Assembly (NCBI GenBank): GCA_965644315.1
Contig: CBFFRQ010000003.1
Span: 1 to 38,983, forward strand
From: Caecitellus pseudoparvulus
Lineage: Eukaryota > Protista > Bigyra: Bicosoecida
DNA: 38,983 bases
Direction: 5' to 3'
Of this stretch, positions 9,825 through 20,901 are shown piece after piece. Positions within the stretch are counted from its first letter, which is position 1, and the number at the start of each line of letters is the position of its first letter. The notes beneath the pieces were generated by a model that saw nothing but the letters and a program-made list of their open reading frames with translations, did not search any database and was not told where the DNA came from. The position numbers and the translations under genes were made by a program.

Positions 9825-11416
9825 TCACGCCTTGTCTGGGGGAGGCGGGGTGGAAGGCACGCCATCGCCCTTGCCCTCCTTGGCCAGGCGTTCTCGGACA
9901 GCCTCTCGCACAGCAGCGTTTGTGGTGCCCATGGCATCCAGCGCCCACTCCACTGGGTCGTACTGCCCCCCCCGCTGCCCTGCAGCACCATCTGGCCCCC
10001 CTTCCCACCCATGCAAGCCCACTGGACGGGCAGGTTCTGCATGGTCTGACTGGCCCCAGGCCCCCGCTGCCTCCCGCACAAACTGCACTGCCGAGCGCCC
10101 CAGGGAGCTCCGCCGCGCTGCCCCCACCGCCGCCTGCCCAGCCTGCGCCACCTCCTGCCCAGCGCTGGACGCGGCCGCCTGCAGGGCAGCAGGGTTCCCC
10201 GCCACGACAGACGTGCGCAGCGCTGCGTACGCTGCGGCGGCCCGCGCTGACGCTGCCTGCCGCAGGGGCGACGTGGCGGCGTGCGCTTGCTGCGCAAACT
10301 GCGCACCGCCATCCCCCCACACTGCCTCTGAGGCGCCCTGTAGTGCCGCCACGGTCTGCTCCGCTCGCTCAGCCACGTGGCGCGCATCGCCCTGCCCCAG
10401 GCGCTGCCCCCAGCCAGCAAGGGAGCCAGCCGCGCCCTGCAGCGCTTGAGCTGCCTGAGCGGCGGCACTTCCCCCGTGACGAGCGGCCACTGCGTCCAGG
10501 CCCTGGCCCAGGGCTTGCATGGCTGCAGCGGCGCGACCCAGGCCTGCGCTAGCGGCGGCCTGGCCTGTCCCCAGGCGTGCCTGCACGGCGGAGGATGACA
10601 TGTCCAGGGCAGTGCCGCCGATGCGCAGGGTGGGCCCCCGCGCGCCAGACGGGGCAGAGGCGGGCGGCAGCCCCTCCCCCTCTTCAATGACCACGCCTTG
10701 TGCAGCCTGCCGCTGCCGGAAGCTGGCCACCTCGGCGGGGTGCCCTGCCATCCACTCCCGCACCTGGGCGTGCTTGGCGTCGGCGTACCCCGCTAGAAAC
10801 TCGTCCAGGCACTCCCGCACGACGCCGACGTAGCCGTGCGCGAAGCCCCGCAGTGTTGCTTCGTCCAGGCTGCGCAGGCGAGCCAGGGCCGCGGACGCCT
10901 GCCCCGACGCAGACCGGGCCAGCACCTCGGCAATGTCCACCCGCTCCTGCATGCTGAGCTGGCCACTCTGGGCCTGGGAGGCGGCACGGGCCTCCAAGAA
11001 GGCGCGCCGCCGACGCAGGGCGTCTGCCAACTCCGCTGCGTGTGCCTCCTCCGCACTCCGCCCAAAAGCTTCTGGCAGTGGGACTGTGCAGGTGAGGGGG
11101 TGGGCAGGTGGCGTGGTGTGCGGGGCGCCAGGGAAGCCCGCGAGCAACGCACTCCACGCATGGCGCTTGATGTGGCGCCACGTGCGCTGTATGGCCCACG
11201 TCAGCGCCTCCACGTCCAGGGGGGACTCCCTCACTACCGCCCATGCGGGCAGGGTGTCCCCTGGAATGATGCGGTGTGCAGACCTGTGGAAGAGGGTGGA
11301 CCCAGGGCTGACAGCCGCCGCTTCCTGCGCAGATAAAGTGCCCGCACGCACGCATGCACAGGTGATGTCACCCTGTGGTGAATGTCAGCCACGCGCTGGG
11401 CCAAGCGCTTGAGCAT
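9825..11416 (-). CDS. hypothetical Ala-rich protein (~507 aa), possibly organelle-targeted; exons 11416-11352, 11283-9825
   Basis: Long ORF 9825-11351 with host-like codon bias. A 68-nt GTGCGT...TTCCACAG intron joins the upstream MLKRLAQRVADIHHRVTSPVHA exon in frame. The basic N-terminus resembles a transit peptide. Confidence 0.55.
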
Positions 11417-11546
11417 TCTGAGACTCCGTCACCAGCGGTACGAAGCGATTTCCGCAGCAGCCCAATGTGCATCACCCGCTGCCACGCAGCTCCCCTCTGC
11501 ATTGCAGCGTACAGGGCGCGCCATGCGCATGAAAAAAAGAGACGGA

Positions 11547-12440
11547 TCAGCTTGTGGATTGTGTCGTGTGCAGGGGACTGCCCCGGCCAACCTGTGCCTC
11601 GGCTTCCTGCAGCCAAGCGTAAGCTGCTGCGCGAACTTTGCTCTGGAGCTGCACACCCTGCGGAGCGTCAAGCGGGCTAGCAGGCAGTGCCAGACTGCTG
11701 CCAAGATTCAAGTGTGCCAAGCGCACCGCAACACTCTCCCACACGTCCTCGCCCTCTGCCACAGGCACGCCCCACGCGCGCAGCGCCTCTAGCCGGGCGG
11801 CGTCTGACCCCATGCCCTGCAGCACACCCTGCACAGTCTGCAAGGCTTGGGGCAGCATGCCAGGGACAGGCACTGGAATGCAGCAGATGGACCGCGCAGT
11901 GCTGGAGGCAGAGCTGCAGCGCTTGTCCGCCAACGCCCGCTGCAGTGCTGCGCTGTGCAGGGAGGCGAGCGCCGGGGGAGCTGCATCGCCGGCAGCGCAG
12001 CACTGCTCCAGACACGCCAGCAGCACGACAGGGCCCTGCCAGCACAGGCCGCTGTGCAGGAGGCGGGAGGCCGCAGCCATGCCCCGCGCTGATCCTGCTG
12101 CACCCACCGCCCGCGCACAGTGCAGAGCCAGCTCCAGCCCTGCCACCTGCACGTCAGAGCGCTGGCAGCCCAGCAAGTACCCTGCCAAGCCAGCCAGTGG
12201 CAGGGTGTCGGCTGCCGACAAGGGCGGGAATTGTGGGCTCTCGCCGCCAGCTGGTGCCGCCGCCAGCTGCACCAGGTCCACCTTGCCCAAGCAACACTCT
12301 GCACCAGCCAGGGCGGCGGGGCTGTCACTGCTCACGGCACGGGCCAGGTGGGAGGCAGCTTCCACCTGGACGCTTGCGCTCCCATGTCGAGCGTCAGTTG
12401 CGAGGGCCCCCCACTTCACTTCGCTGGCACTGTGCGCCAT
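11547..12440 (-). CDS. hypothetical alpha-helical (ARM/HEAT-like) protein, ~297 aa; 3' end uncertain
   Basis: ORF with ATG at 12440 in GCCATGG context, divergent from YjbQ. Leu/Ala-rich helical pattern with no recognised motif. Confidence 0.45.
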   Translation of the reverse strand: MAHSASEVKWGALATDARHGSASVQVEAASHLARAVSSDSPAALAGAECCLGKVDLVQLAAAPAGGESPQFPPLSAADTLPLAGLAGYLLGCQRSDVQVAGLELALHCARAVGAAGSARGMAAASRLLHSGLCWQGPVVLLACLEQCCAAGDAAPPALASLHSAALQRALADKRCSSASSTARSICCIPVPVPGMLPQALQTVQGVLQGMGSDAARLEALRAWGVPVAEGEDVWESVAVRLAHLNLGSSLALPASPLDAPQGVQLQSKVRAAAYAWLQEAEAQVGRGSPLHTTQSTS

Positions 12441-12643
12441 GGCTGCCCCTGCTGTGGCACACCTGCTGCTTCCACGCCCGTCGCAGCGTGGCAGGTCAAA
12501 GCCGGACCAAATCCTTGCAGGCGCCCACAACACCCACTCCACAACATGCACAGCCATATGTCACAGACTTGTGCGGGCTGCTACACTTGGATTGTGCGGT
12601 GCAGGAGTGCATTGGGGAGCGCACGTTTCGCCCGCGTTTCGCC

Positions 12644-13274
12644 ATGGCCTGGTCCCAGCACACTGTGCGGGTCAAGGCGCCCAAAGCCGGCTGCCACTTG
12701 ATCACAGATGACATTGTACAAGCCGTGCCAGAAATTCAGTGCGTGCGATGGCGGCAGCGCCGAGTGTGCGCCGCACCACAACAAACGCCCTGGCACGGCA
12801 CAGGCAGCTGAAGGTTGGGCTGGCCAACCTGTTCCTGCAGCACACCTCTGCAGCGCTGACGCTGAACGAGAACTGCGACCCAGACGTCCGAAAGGACATG
12901 AAGGCTGCCTTGGAGCGCCTAGCCCCTCGTGGAGGGGGCGCCGTCAAGTACAAGCACGACTGTGAAGGGTGAGGCACGCTCACACCCACGCACACCCCCC
13001 TCCTTCCACGTCACTCCACGCGCACTCAAACCACGCCCACTCACCCCCGTCCAGGCCGGACGACATGCCAGCCCACATCACCAGCAGCCTCATGGGCGCC
13101 AGTGTGACCATCCCCATCCAAGACGGCGCCCTGGCCCTGGGCACGTGGCAGGGGCTGTGGCTGGTGGAGGCGCGGGACCACCCCTCCACACGCCGCATCC
13201 TCGTGACGCTGCAGGGGCAGCCTGCGCCCAGCCCCGCCACCGCCGCAGCCAGCGCCGGCGGGGGGCCCGCTTGA
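12644..13274 (+). CDS. yjbQ: YjbQ/UPF0047 family protein (~159 aa); exons 12644-12738, 12804-12968, 13055-13274
   Basis: Motifs GCHLIT, QHTSAALTLNENCDPDVRKDM, HDCEG|PDDMPAHI.SSL.G and LALGTWQG.WL.E. Introns of 65 and 86 nt restore the frame. Confidence 0.9.
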
Positions 13275-13284
13275 GTCCGCCTAG

Positions 13285-16200
13285 CTACCGCGCTGCTCCT
13301 CCAGCGGGCGGGGACGCCAGCTCAGACTGCTGCAGGGCGCCAATGCACGCGTTCACGAGGCGCTGCAGGGCGCGCACTTCACGGGACATCTGGGCGCCCG
13401 TCGGGCCGCTGGCGCTCTCTGCCAGCGTGTGGATGTTGTCCACCAGCCGCTTCAGCTTCTGCTCCATGATGGTCTCGATGGCGCGGCGCTCCTTGTCGTG
13501 CGTCTCCAGCCGCGCACGCAGCATGGCCGCCTCGCTGCCGGGCGCCTCCTGCCGCGACGCAGTGGCGCTGGCCAGCGCAGCCTGCAGCCGCCGCACCTCG
13601 CTGGCAGACGCCTCCGCTGCCGCCTCCGCGCTCTCCAGCTTGGCGGTGGTGCTGGCCAGCTGGGCCTGCACGGCGCCCAGCGCGCTGCCGCCCGTGCTGC
13701 CCGCCAGCGCACTGGTGAGGGCGGCGGCCGTGGCGGCGCTGCCTGGCGCACTGCCCGGCGCGCCCTCCCCCGCCGCCGCCAGCCGGGCCTCAATCTCCGA
13801 CTGCACCAGGCGCTCCAGCTTCTCCCGCAGCAGGTACTCCATGGACACCTTCTCCGCCTTCACCTCCTCCAGCTCACGGGACAGCGCCGCCTGCTCCGCC
13901 GTCCGCGCTTCCAGCAGCCCCGACAACTCGCTGACCTTCTCTGCCGCAGACAGGGTGCCAGCTGCGTCAGGGGCGCCGGGCGGCAGTGGGGCCCCCCCGG
14001 TGGCACTGGTGCCAGCGCCGGCACTGGCTGGTTGCCCGCCGGGTGAGCTGTGGATGACGGTGGGCGCTGTGTGGGGTGCGTAACGCGGTTCGCGGGGTGT
14101 GGAGGGGGGTGGCGCACTGGCGGAGGCACCGGGTGGCGCGGGGGTTGGCGCCCCCGACGCCGCAGCGGCCGCCGCTGCCTGCCCCCAGTCCCCCAGCGCC
14201 TCCGTCAAGTCACTGCTCTTGACGGGGGAGGAGGAGGCGTACTCCAGCACCACCCGCTGCAGGTGGATGAGCTGGGTGGTCTTTTCGTCCAGCTTCTCCT
14301 CCAAATCCCGCTGGTGCCTGTCGTAGGCGTCCAGCTCATCCTGCAGCGCGACGATCTGGTCGTCGCGCTCGTTCAGGCGCTGCGTGAGGAGGATCATGAT
14401 GTCCCGCTGCTTCAGCAGCAGCTGCTTGTACCGGTCCACCTGCGCCTTCTCCTCCTCAATGCTCTCCCGCTCCCGCTCCAGCTCCTGCACGCGCGCGTCG
14501 TACTCGGCGCGCATCTTGGCCTGGTGCTCCTTCAGCGCCGAGTGGAAGGCGGGCGTGTCCTCCACCTTCTCCCCGCCGCCCACCAGCATCTGGCTCTGCA
14601 GCAGGTGGATGCGCTCCTCCAGGCGGCGCTTCTCCGCCTTCTCCTGCATGAACTCCTTGGACCGCAGCTCCAGGGCGCGGATGGCGGCCATCTTGTCCTG
14701 CTCCGCCCGCCGCCGCTGCTCATCCAGCTCCAGCACGCGGCGCTTGTCCACGACGGTCTGCTGCCGCTCCATGAGCTCCCGCCGCAGCCGCTTCAGCTCC
14801 TGCTCGTACCGCCGCAGGAGGGACTTCTGGTCCAGGTCCTCGTTCACCTTGGCTTCGTTCTTGATGTTCTTGGCGCGGTTGGCGAACTTGAGCGTGGACA
14901 GGCTCTCCACGAACGCCTCCATGGCGGGGGAGATCATGGCCATCATGGTGGTCTTGCAGTTGCCGCCCAGGCTGTCCTCCAGGATGCGCGTCAGCTTGGA
15001 GTCACGGTAGGGGATGTGGGAGCGCCCCTTGGGGTCCGTCAGCGCCGCGATGACGTTGCCCAGCGCCGACAGGGACTGGTTGATGTTCTTGCTCTCCTCC
15101 AGGCGCTGCCCCGTGGCGCCCGTCAGGCGCACGCGCTCCGACCCCGCCAGGTCCACCAGGTTCAGCTTGCCCACCTTGAAGCTCTGCCGCACGTGGGACT
15201 CCAGCGCCTTCAAGCCGTCCTCCCCCGCCGCCCGGGTCTGCAGCAGCGCCGTGAACTCCTCATGGGACAGCTCCCTGCCCGCGTCGTCCAGGTACATCGT
15301 CTCGCTCTGCTCGGCGATGATGATGAACACGGCGTGAGAGCGAGAGGAGATGTGGTTCATCTTGGTGGAGCCGGTGGCGCGGATGCTGCCGCCCCGCTCC
15401 ATGAGGCCGTAAATCTCCTCCGGCGTCCGCACCACCCACTCGGACAGGCCCTCCACGAACACGCCCCGGCGCTTGTCCTCCCGGATGAGCAGGTTGGACC
15501 GCTCAGGCTTCAACAGGTCTGAAATCACCTCGTTGTAGATCTGCAAGTACGACGCGCGCACCAGGAAGCGCAGGCGGGGGGAGATGCTCTGCTGGATGTG
15601 GTTGAAGATCTGCTCGATGGCGCGGGGGATGATGCCACGTGCCTCGGCAGAGTTGAAGCCCTCCATCGTGTACGTCTTCCCCGTCCCCGTCTGGCCGTAC
15701 GCGAAGATGGTGGCGTTGTACCCTGCCAGGGAATTGTCCACCACCGCCTTTGCCGTGCTCTCGTACACAGTCTGCTGGTCGGCATGCTGGTCGTATACCC
15801 TGTCAAACGTGAAGAAGTGGCGCTGGTAGGGGCCAATCCCCGCCTCTGCGTCCAGGTTCTCCCCGATTGTGATGCTGCGCTCTGACTCCGCCTGTGCACG
15901 CTTGGCGGCAGTGTGTGAAGGGTGACACCCCACACCAACCTGCAGCGCCGCCGCCTCACCTTGACGCAGCACTGAAACGGACGGTCCCCGTGCAGCTCAC
16001 GGGCAAGAGGGGGGCGAACACGGACAACGACTTTGAAGTTCTTGCTCATGTCTTCGCTGGCAAAGCCCCCCGTGCTGCGCATTTTTCGGGTGTAGGGAGA
16101 CGGTGCAACGGATTTCGGTGTCCCAGGCACGCCGCTGCCGGAGAAGCCTCGAAAGCTGTGCACAGCGGAGCAAACCAAAGGAGGTGGAGGCAGGTGACAA

Positions 16201-16345
16201 TGGACGCTGTGTGCACGTTGGGCTGCCTCAAGAGCTTGTTGCTGCTGCGCGCCTGCTGCCGTGCTGCCACTCGGCCGCAGCTGCACAGGTGCAAGCTGGC
16301 GTTATAAGCCAAGCCGCAGCACAAGGCTTACCTGCGCTCTGCCAT
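13285..16345 (-). CDS. kinesin motor protein with N-terminal motor and long coiled-coil stalk; exons 16345-16332, (16263 or 16155)-15960, 15891-13285
   Basis: Motifs FKVVVRVRP, FTFDRVY, YGQTGTGKTYTM (P-loop), SSRSH, LNLVDLAGSER and HIPYRDSKLTRIL.DSLGGN. A 68-nt intron lies at 15959-15892. The 5' micro-exon ATGGCAGAGCGCAG|GTAAGC is inferred. Confidence 0.93.
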
Positions 16346-17038
16346 GGCGAGGTGGCTACTGTTCGCGGGAGCTATCTACTAAGGAAGCCAGGAGGGCTAT
16401 CGCTCCCTAGGGCGGCTATGGAGCGGCGCTGGACCCACGCAGGCGCCTGCCTGATCTCCTTGAGCGTTGGACTGGCGTTTCGCTGCACTTCCTCCCAGCT
16501 GTTCAAACACACCTCCACTCACACAAGACAGGTCCTCAGCTGCCACAATGGGGACAGCAGTGCTGTTGGGTGAATTATACCTGGCGCTCTGAACTGCACT
16601 TTGGCCATTCTGCACCTCAAGCAGCCAGCTGCAGCCAAGCTGCAGGATCCTTCGAGTGAAGCTGTGGCCCGGACAGGCGCTAGGCAGTGACCCGACAGCC
16701 TCAAGGACAGGTAGCACAAGAAAATTTCCGAGGAGGTCTCTGGGTGGTATGGAGAGGGAGCACCTGCGTTGGTCTAGCAAAAGAATGGTTGCACTTGTGC
16801 AATAAAGCAAGCATGAAGACGCCCTCGAGTGTGGAGAGGAGCAAAGGGAAGTCACAAATCCTTCGTCACCCGTAGCTAATTCACGGCTTTGGCGCCCTGC
16901 AACGGTGCAATAGCGCAAAATCAACCACCACTGGCCAAGCATCGCCCCTGCGGAGGCCCCCAAACTGGATTGGACGGCCCAGCGGCCGCCTGCTTGTCCT
17001 GTGGCCCGAGGCAGGCTGCGTGTGCCCCGTTCTGCACC

Positions 17039-19636
17039 ATGGCCTCGCTTGCAGGAGCCCCCCGAGTGCGCATCCTGTCCACGGAGCGAGGGGGCGCAGC
17101 GCCCCAGCTGCAGAAACTGGTCATCACCCCACTTGGAGCTGGTCAGGAGGTTGGGCGCTCGTGCATTGTGCTGAGGTATGCAGGGAAAACAGTCCTCGTA
17201 AGTTCGGTTGCGAGCCGAATTCCGCAGCTGCCCCTTCACTCCGCTTGGCCTGCGCGTTCAGTTGGACTGCGGCCTAACTCCAGCCCTGAAAGGCGAGCAG
17301 AGCCTCCCTTTCCTCCGTGAAATCGACCCAGCTGACATTGACATCGTCATCATCACGTGCGTCACCCGCAGCCGTGCGCTGGTGACGCCCACGCCATGAG
17401 CCAGCGTCGCGCTCCCTGGCACAGGCACTTCCACATTGACCACGCCGCGGGTTTGCCTGTCTTCACGGAGCGCATGCAGGGCTTCAAGGGGCGAATTTTC
17501 GCGACACACCCCACCGTCGCGGTCATGCGCATGCTGCTGTCCGACAGCGTGCACTTGGTGTCCCGGTCAGCAGACTCAGCTGCCGACGTGCTGTACACGG
17601 AGGAGGACGTCGTTCGCTGCGTGGACCGCATCGAATGCGTGGACTTCAAGCAGACCATCAGCGTGGAGGGCATCACGTTCACGCTGTACAACGCAGGGCA
17701 CGTGCTGGGCGCCGCCATGGCCATGGTCACCATCGGCGGCGTGCGGGTGCTGTACACGGGGGACTACTCCTGTGAAGAGGACAGGCACTTGATGGCGGCG
17801 TCAGTGCCAGCCGTCATGCGGCAGCCAGACATCCTCATCAGCGAGTGCACCTTCGGCATGGCGGTGCACCGGCCCAGGCTGGAGCGGGAGAAGGAGTTCA
17901 CTAGCATGGTGCGCAAGGTGGTGCAGCGGGGGGGGCGCTGCCTCATCCCCGTCTTCGCCCTGGGCAGGGCACAGGAGCTGCTGCTGCTGCTGGAGGAGTA
18001 CTGGGCCGCTACACCGGAAGTGCAGCATATCCCCGTGTTCTTCGCGTCGAACTTGGCGGCCAAGAGCCTGGAGGTGTACCGCACATACACCTCCCACATG
18101 AACGCGCACATTGCCACGGCGCTGACGGCGGGGAACCCGTGGGAGTTCAAGCACATCCAGGTGCTGCGCAGTCAGTCCCAGTTCCACTGCACGGGGCCCT
18201 GCGTCGTCATGGCGTCCCCCGGCATGCTGCAGCACGGCTTCTCCCGTGCGCTGTTTGACCAGTGGGCGGAGGATGAGCGCAACGGTGTGATTGTGGCGGG
18301 GTACAACGTGGAGGGCACCCTGGCGCGCACCTTGATGGAGAACCCCAAGGAGGTGCCTGCGCTGAGCGGCCGCATGATGCACTTGAGGGCCGACGTGCAG
18401 GCCGTGTCCTTCACGGCCCACGCGGACGGTGCCGAGGCACGATCTTTCATCGACACCCTGCAGCCAGGGAAGATCGTCCTGGTGCACGGGGAGAGCAAGG
18501 AGATGTCCCGCCTGCACGCGGAGCTGCAGCGCCTGTACTCAGGCCGCGCAGGCTTCGGTGCTTACATGCCCGCCAACACGCAGTCGGTGGAGGTGCTGTT
18601 TCAGGACAGCCGCCTGGTGAAGGCGCTGGGGCAGGTGGCGTCCCGCAGCCTCGCCCCCTCCATGCCCCTGCAGGGCATCCTCGTCGCAGAGCACTTTGAC
18701 ACCAAGCTGCTGGCGCCAGCCGATGTGCCCACCTTCACCCAGCTGCAGGCGCAGCGAGTGGCCCAGCGGCAGCACATGCCGTTTTGGGCATCCTTCGCAG
18801 CCCTCACTGCCCTGCTCACGCGAATGTTCGATTCAGTGCACCCTGTGGAGCAGGGCGTTTCCACGGGCGGCGACGCTGAGACGAGCGTGTACGGTGCGGG
18901 CAGCGCTGGCGGCGATGCCGCCTCAGCTGCCGGGGCTGCGGGGAAGTTTGCGACAGCAGCCACCGTGGACTCCAAGCACACCCCAGACGAGGCAGTGCTG
19001 GTAGACGGTGTCGTGCAAGTGGAGCGGCACCTGCCAGACCGCCTCATCCTCGTGTGGGATGCCAGCCCCCTGGCTGACTCCATCGCTGACAGTATCATGG
19101 CCCTGGCCGCCTCCGTGGAAGTGAGCCCCTTGAACTTGACCCTCACGAAAGCCGTGTGCACGCACAGCCACGGACATGACGACTCCGTCCATGACCACAC
19201 AGGGTGCGCCCAGCGCACGGCGCTGCGGGTGCCAGACGCTGCCGAAGGGGACGCCGGGGACGGCACCAAAGACGCCATCCTCGCCACAGCGGCAAGCGCG
19301 CCTGAAGCCCCCCCCGCACCGCTCAGCATCTCACAAGGCATCAGTCAGCACGCTGCCTCGACGGTCACTGACCTCGTCTGCAAGGCCCTGCAGGCGACAC
19401 ACGGAGAGGACTGCATCCAGGGCACCGAGGCGAGGGACGGAGGCTTGCGCCTGCTGGTGAGCGTGGCAGGGTGCCGCTTAGCAGTGAATCCTGCAACAGG
19501 GGACTGCATCATGCTGAGTGATAAGGCTTGCACTGACAAAGAAGTAAAATCTCGCATTGTGGATGACTTGCGGCGCACCGTTGGGGTGGTGCGGGCGGCG
19601 GTCGTGCCGGTCTCTGTTTTAGGCGCGAAAATGTAA
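17039..19636 (+). CDS. CPSF3: Cleavage and polyadenylation specificity factor 73-kDa endonuclease (beta-CASP MBL), ~821 aa; exons 17039-17197, 17262-17356, 17425-19636
   Basis: Motifs PLGAGQEVGRSC, LDCG, THFHIDH (HxHxDH), AGHVLGAAM, YTGDYS.EEDRHL, GGRCLIPVFALGRAQELLL, SF.AHAD, VHGE and a C-terminal W...P..D.IAD. Introns of 64 and 68 nt. Confidence 0.93.
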
Positions 19637-19912
19637 CATTCACGTACCTCGAAAATCACGCCCAGGAGCGTGTCACCCTCCCGAAGCGCTGCACTTTCCC
19701 AACGCTACCCATTGACGCTTCCAAGTTAGGACAAATTCGTCCAACTCGAGTCATGTACGTGTTTGTTCCCATGTGGAGCGCGTGAAGCCGCCACTTTCGT
19801 GCTGCCTTCGCCCTTGCCGCCGTTGACGCACCCGCTCCCTCCCCTTGCCTTCACAGTCACTCTTGCCGACTGTGGCAACTGTGGTCTAAGGGTCCCCTCA
19901 CTCACAGAAAAG

Positions 19913-20598
19913 ATGGCCATCCTGTGCGTGCGGGTGCCCTCGGCAGCGCCCCTGTCGCTGCGCAGTGCCTCACGTCCATGCGGAATTTGCTCCCCCACAG
20001 TAAGCCTGGGCGCATCGTCATTGTGCTGGCAGGGCGCTACGCCGGCAAGAAGGCCTGCATCCTGCAGGTCTCTGGCGCCTCTGGCGACCGCAAGCACGCC
20101 TCAGTCCTGGGTGAGTCCTTGGGTGAAGCCCGCTGCACAGCGAGCTGCCAGGGTGCGGCAGCAGCGCAAGACGCTGCTCGCCGCTGCGATTGACGTCCTT
20201 TCCCGGCACTGCCCACGGTAAAAGACGGCTATTCACGGTATTTTTCTCCTTTGTTCGCAGTCTGCGGTGTTGCTCGCTACCCCAAGAAGATCACCCGCGC
20301 TCTGATCAAGGCCGACGAGGCCGCTGGCACCAAGAAGGTGGAGAAGCGCTGCGTGATCAAGCCTTTCGTCAAGGTCCTGAACCAGAACCACGTCATGCCC
20401 ACCCGCTTCACCCTGGATGTGCACGAGCAGCTGAAGGGCGTCGTGGGCGATGCCTCCCTCACTGACGAGGACGTCAAGACCCTGGCCCGCAACAAGGCCA
20501 AGGCCATCCTGTCTAACCGCTTCAAGTCCCAGGCAACTGGCAAGAACGAGAAGGCTATCACTGGCGTGCAGTACTTCTTCCGCAAGCTGCGTTTCTAA
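19913..20598 (+). CDS. RPL27: 60S ribosomal protein eL27 (~152 aa); exons 19913-19923, 20001-20110, 20261-20598
   Basis: MAIL|KPGRIVIVLAGRYAGKKA (KOW), GVARYPKKIT, IKPFVKVLNQNHVMPTRF and C-terminal YFFRKLRF. Introns of 77 and 150 nt. Confidence 0.95.
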
Positions 20599-20871
20599 GC
20601 AGCCTATGGATGCGGCTGGGGCGTGGACTGCTTTTCAGCTGCATTTTTCACAGGAGGTTTGATGGTTGAGTAGGGGGCAGGAGGCGGATGGTTTGGGCAG
20701 CGGCGCAGGCGGCGTGGGCAGCTTGGTTCGCGTTGACTTGTTGACTGGTTGCTGGTGTTGGTTGTTCATGTCCTGGCAGGCGTCCTTCGGGTGCCCGCAT
20801 GGGTTGTGGCTGGCCAATGCATTTACAATCACAGGTTCGCTGCCTTTACACCAAGCAGCACTCTGCGCGGC

Positions 20872-20901
20872 AACACAATCAGGGATCGTCAGGGTGTCCG
20901 G
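20872..20901 (+). repeat. hAT left TSD (20872-20879) and left TIR (20880-20901)
   Basis: AACACAAT followed by CAGGGATCGTCAGGGTGTCCGG. Confidence 0.95.

Noticed and set aside
8926-10449. 507-aa + strand ORF and other long overlapping ORFs in 9700-12800
   Set aside because: Stop-poor GC-rich shadow frames opposite better-supported minus-strand genes
14050-15522. 490-aa + strand ORF
   Set aside because: Antisense shadow of the high-GC3 kinesin CDS, with no motifs
16397-17239. 280-aa minus-strand ORF
   Set aside because: Overlaps CPSF3 exon 1 antisense, has a non-ATG start and no motifs
20838-20856. GCTGCCTTTACACCAAGC resembles U5 snRNA loop I
   Set aside because: It does not match the invariant GCCUUUUAC, and no supporting stem or Sm site is evident
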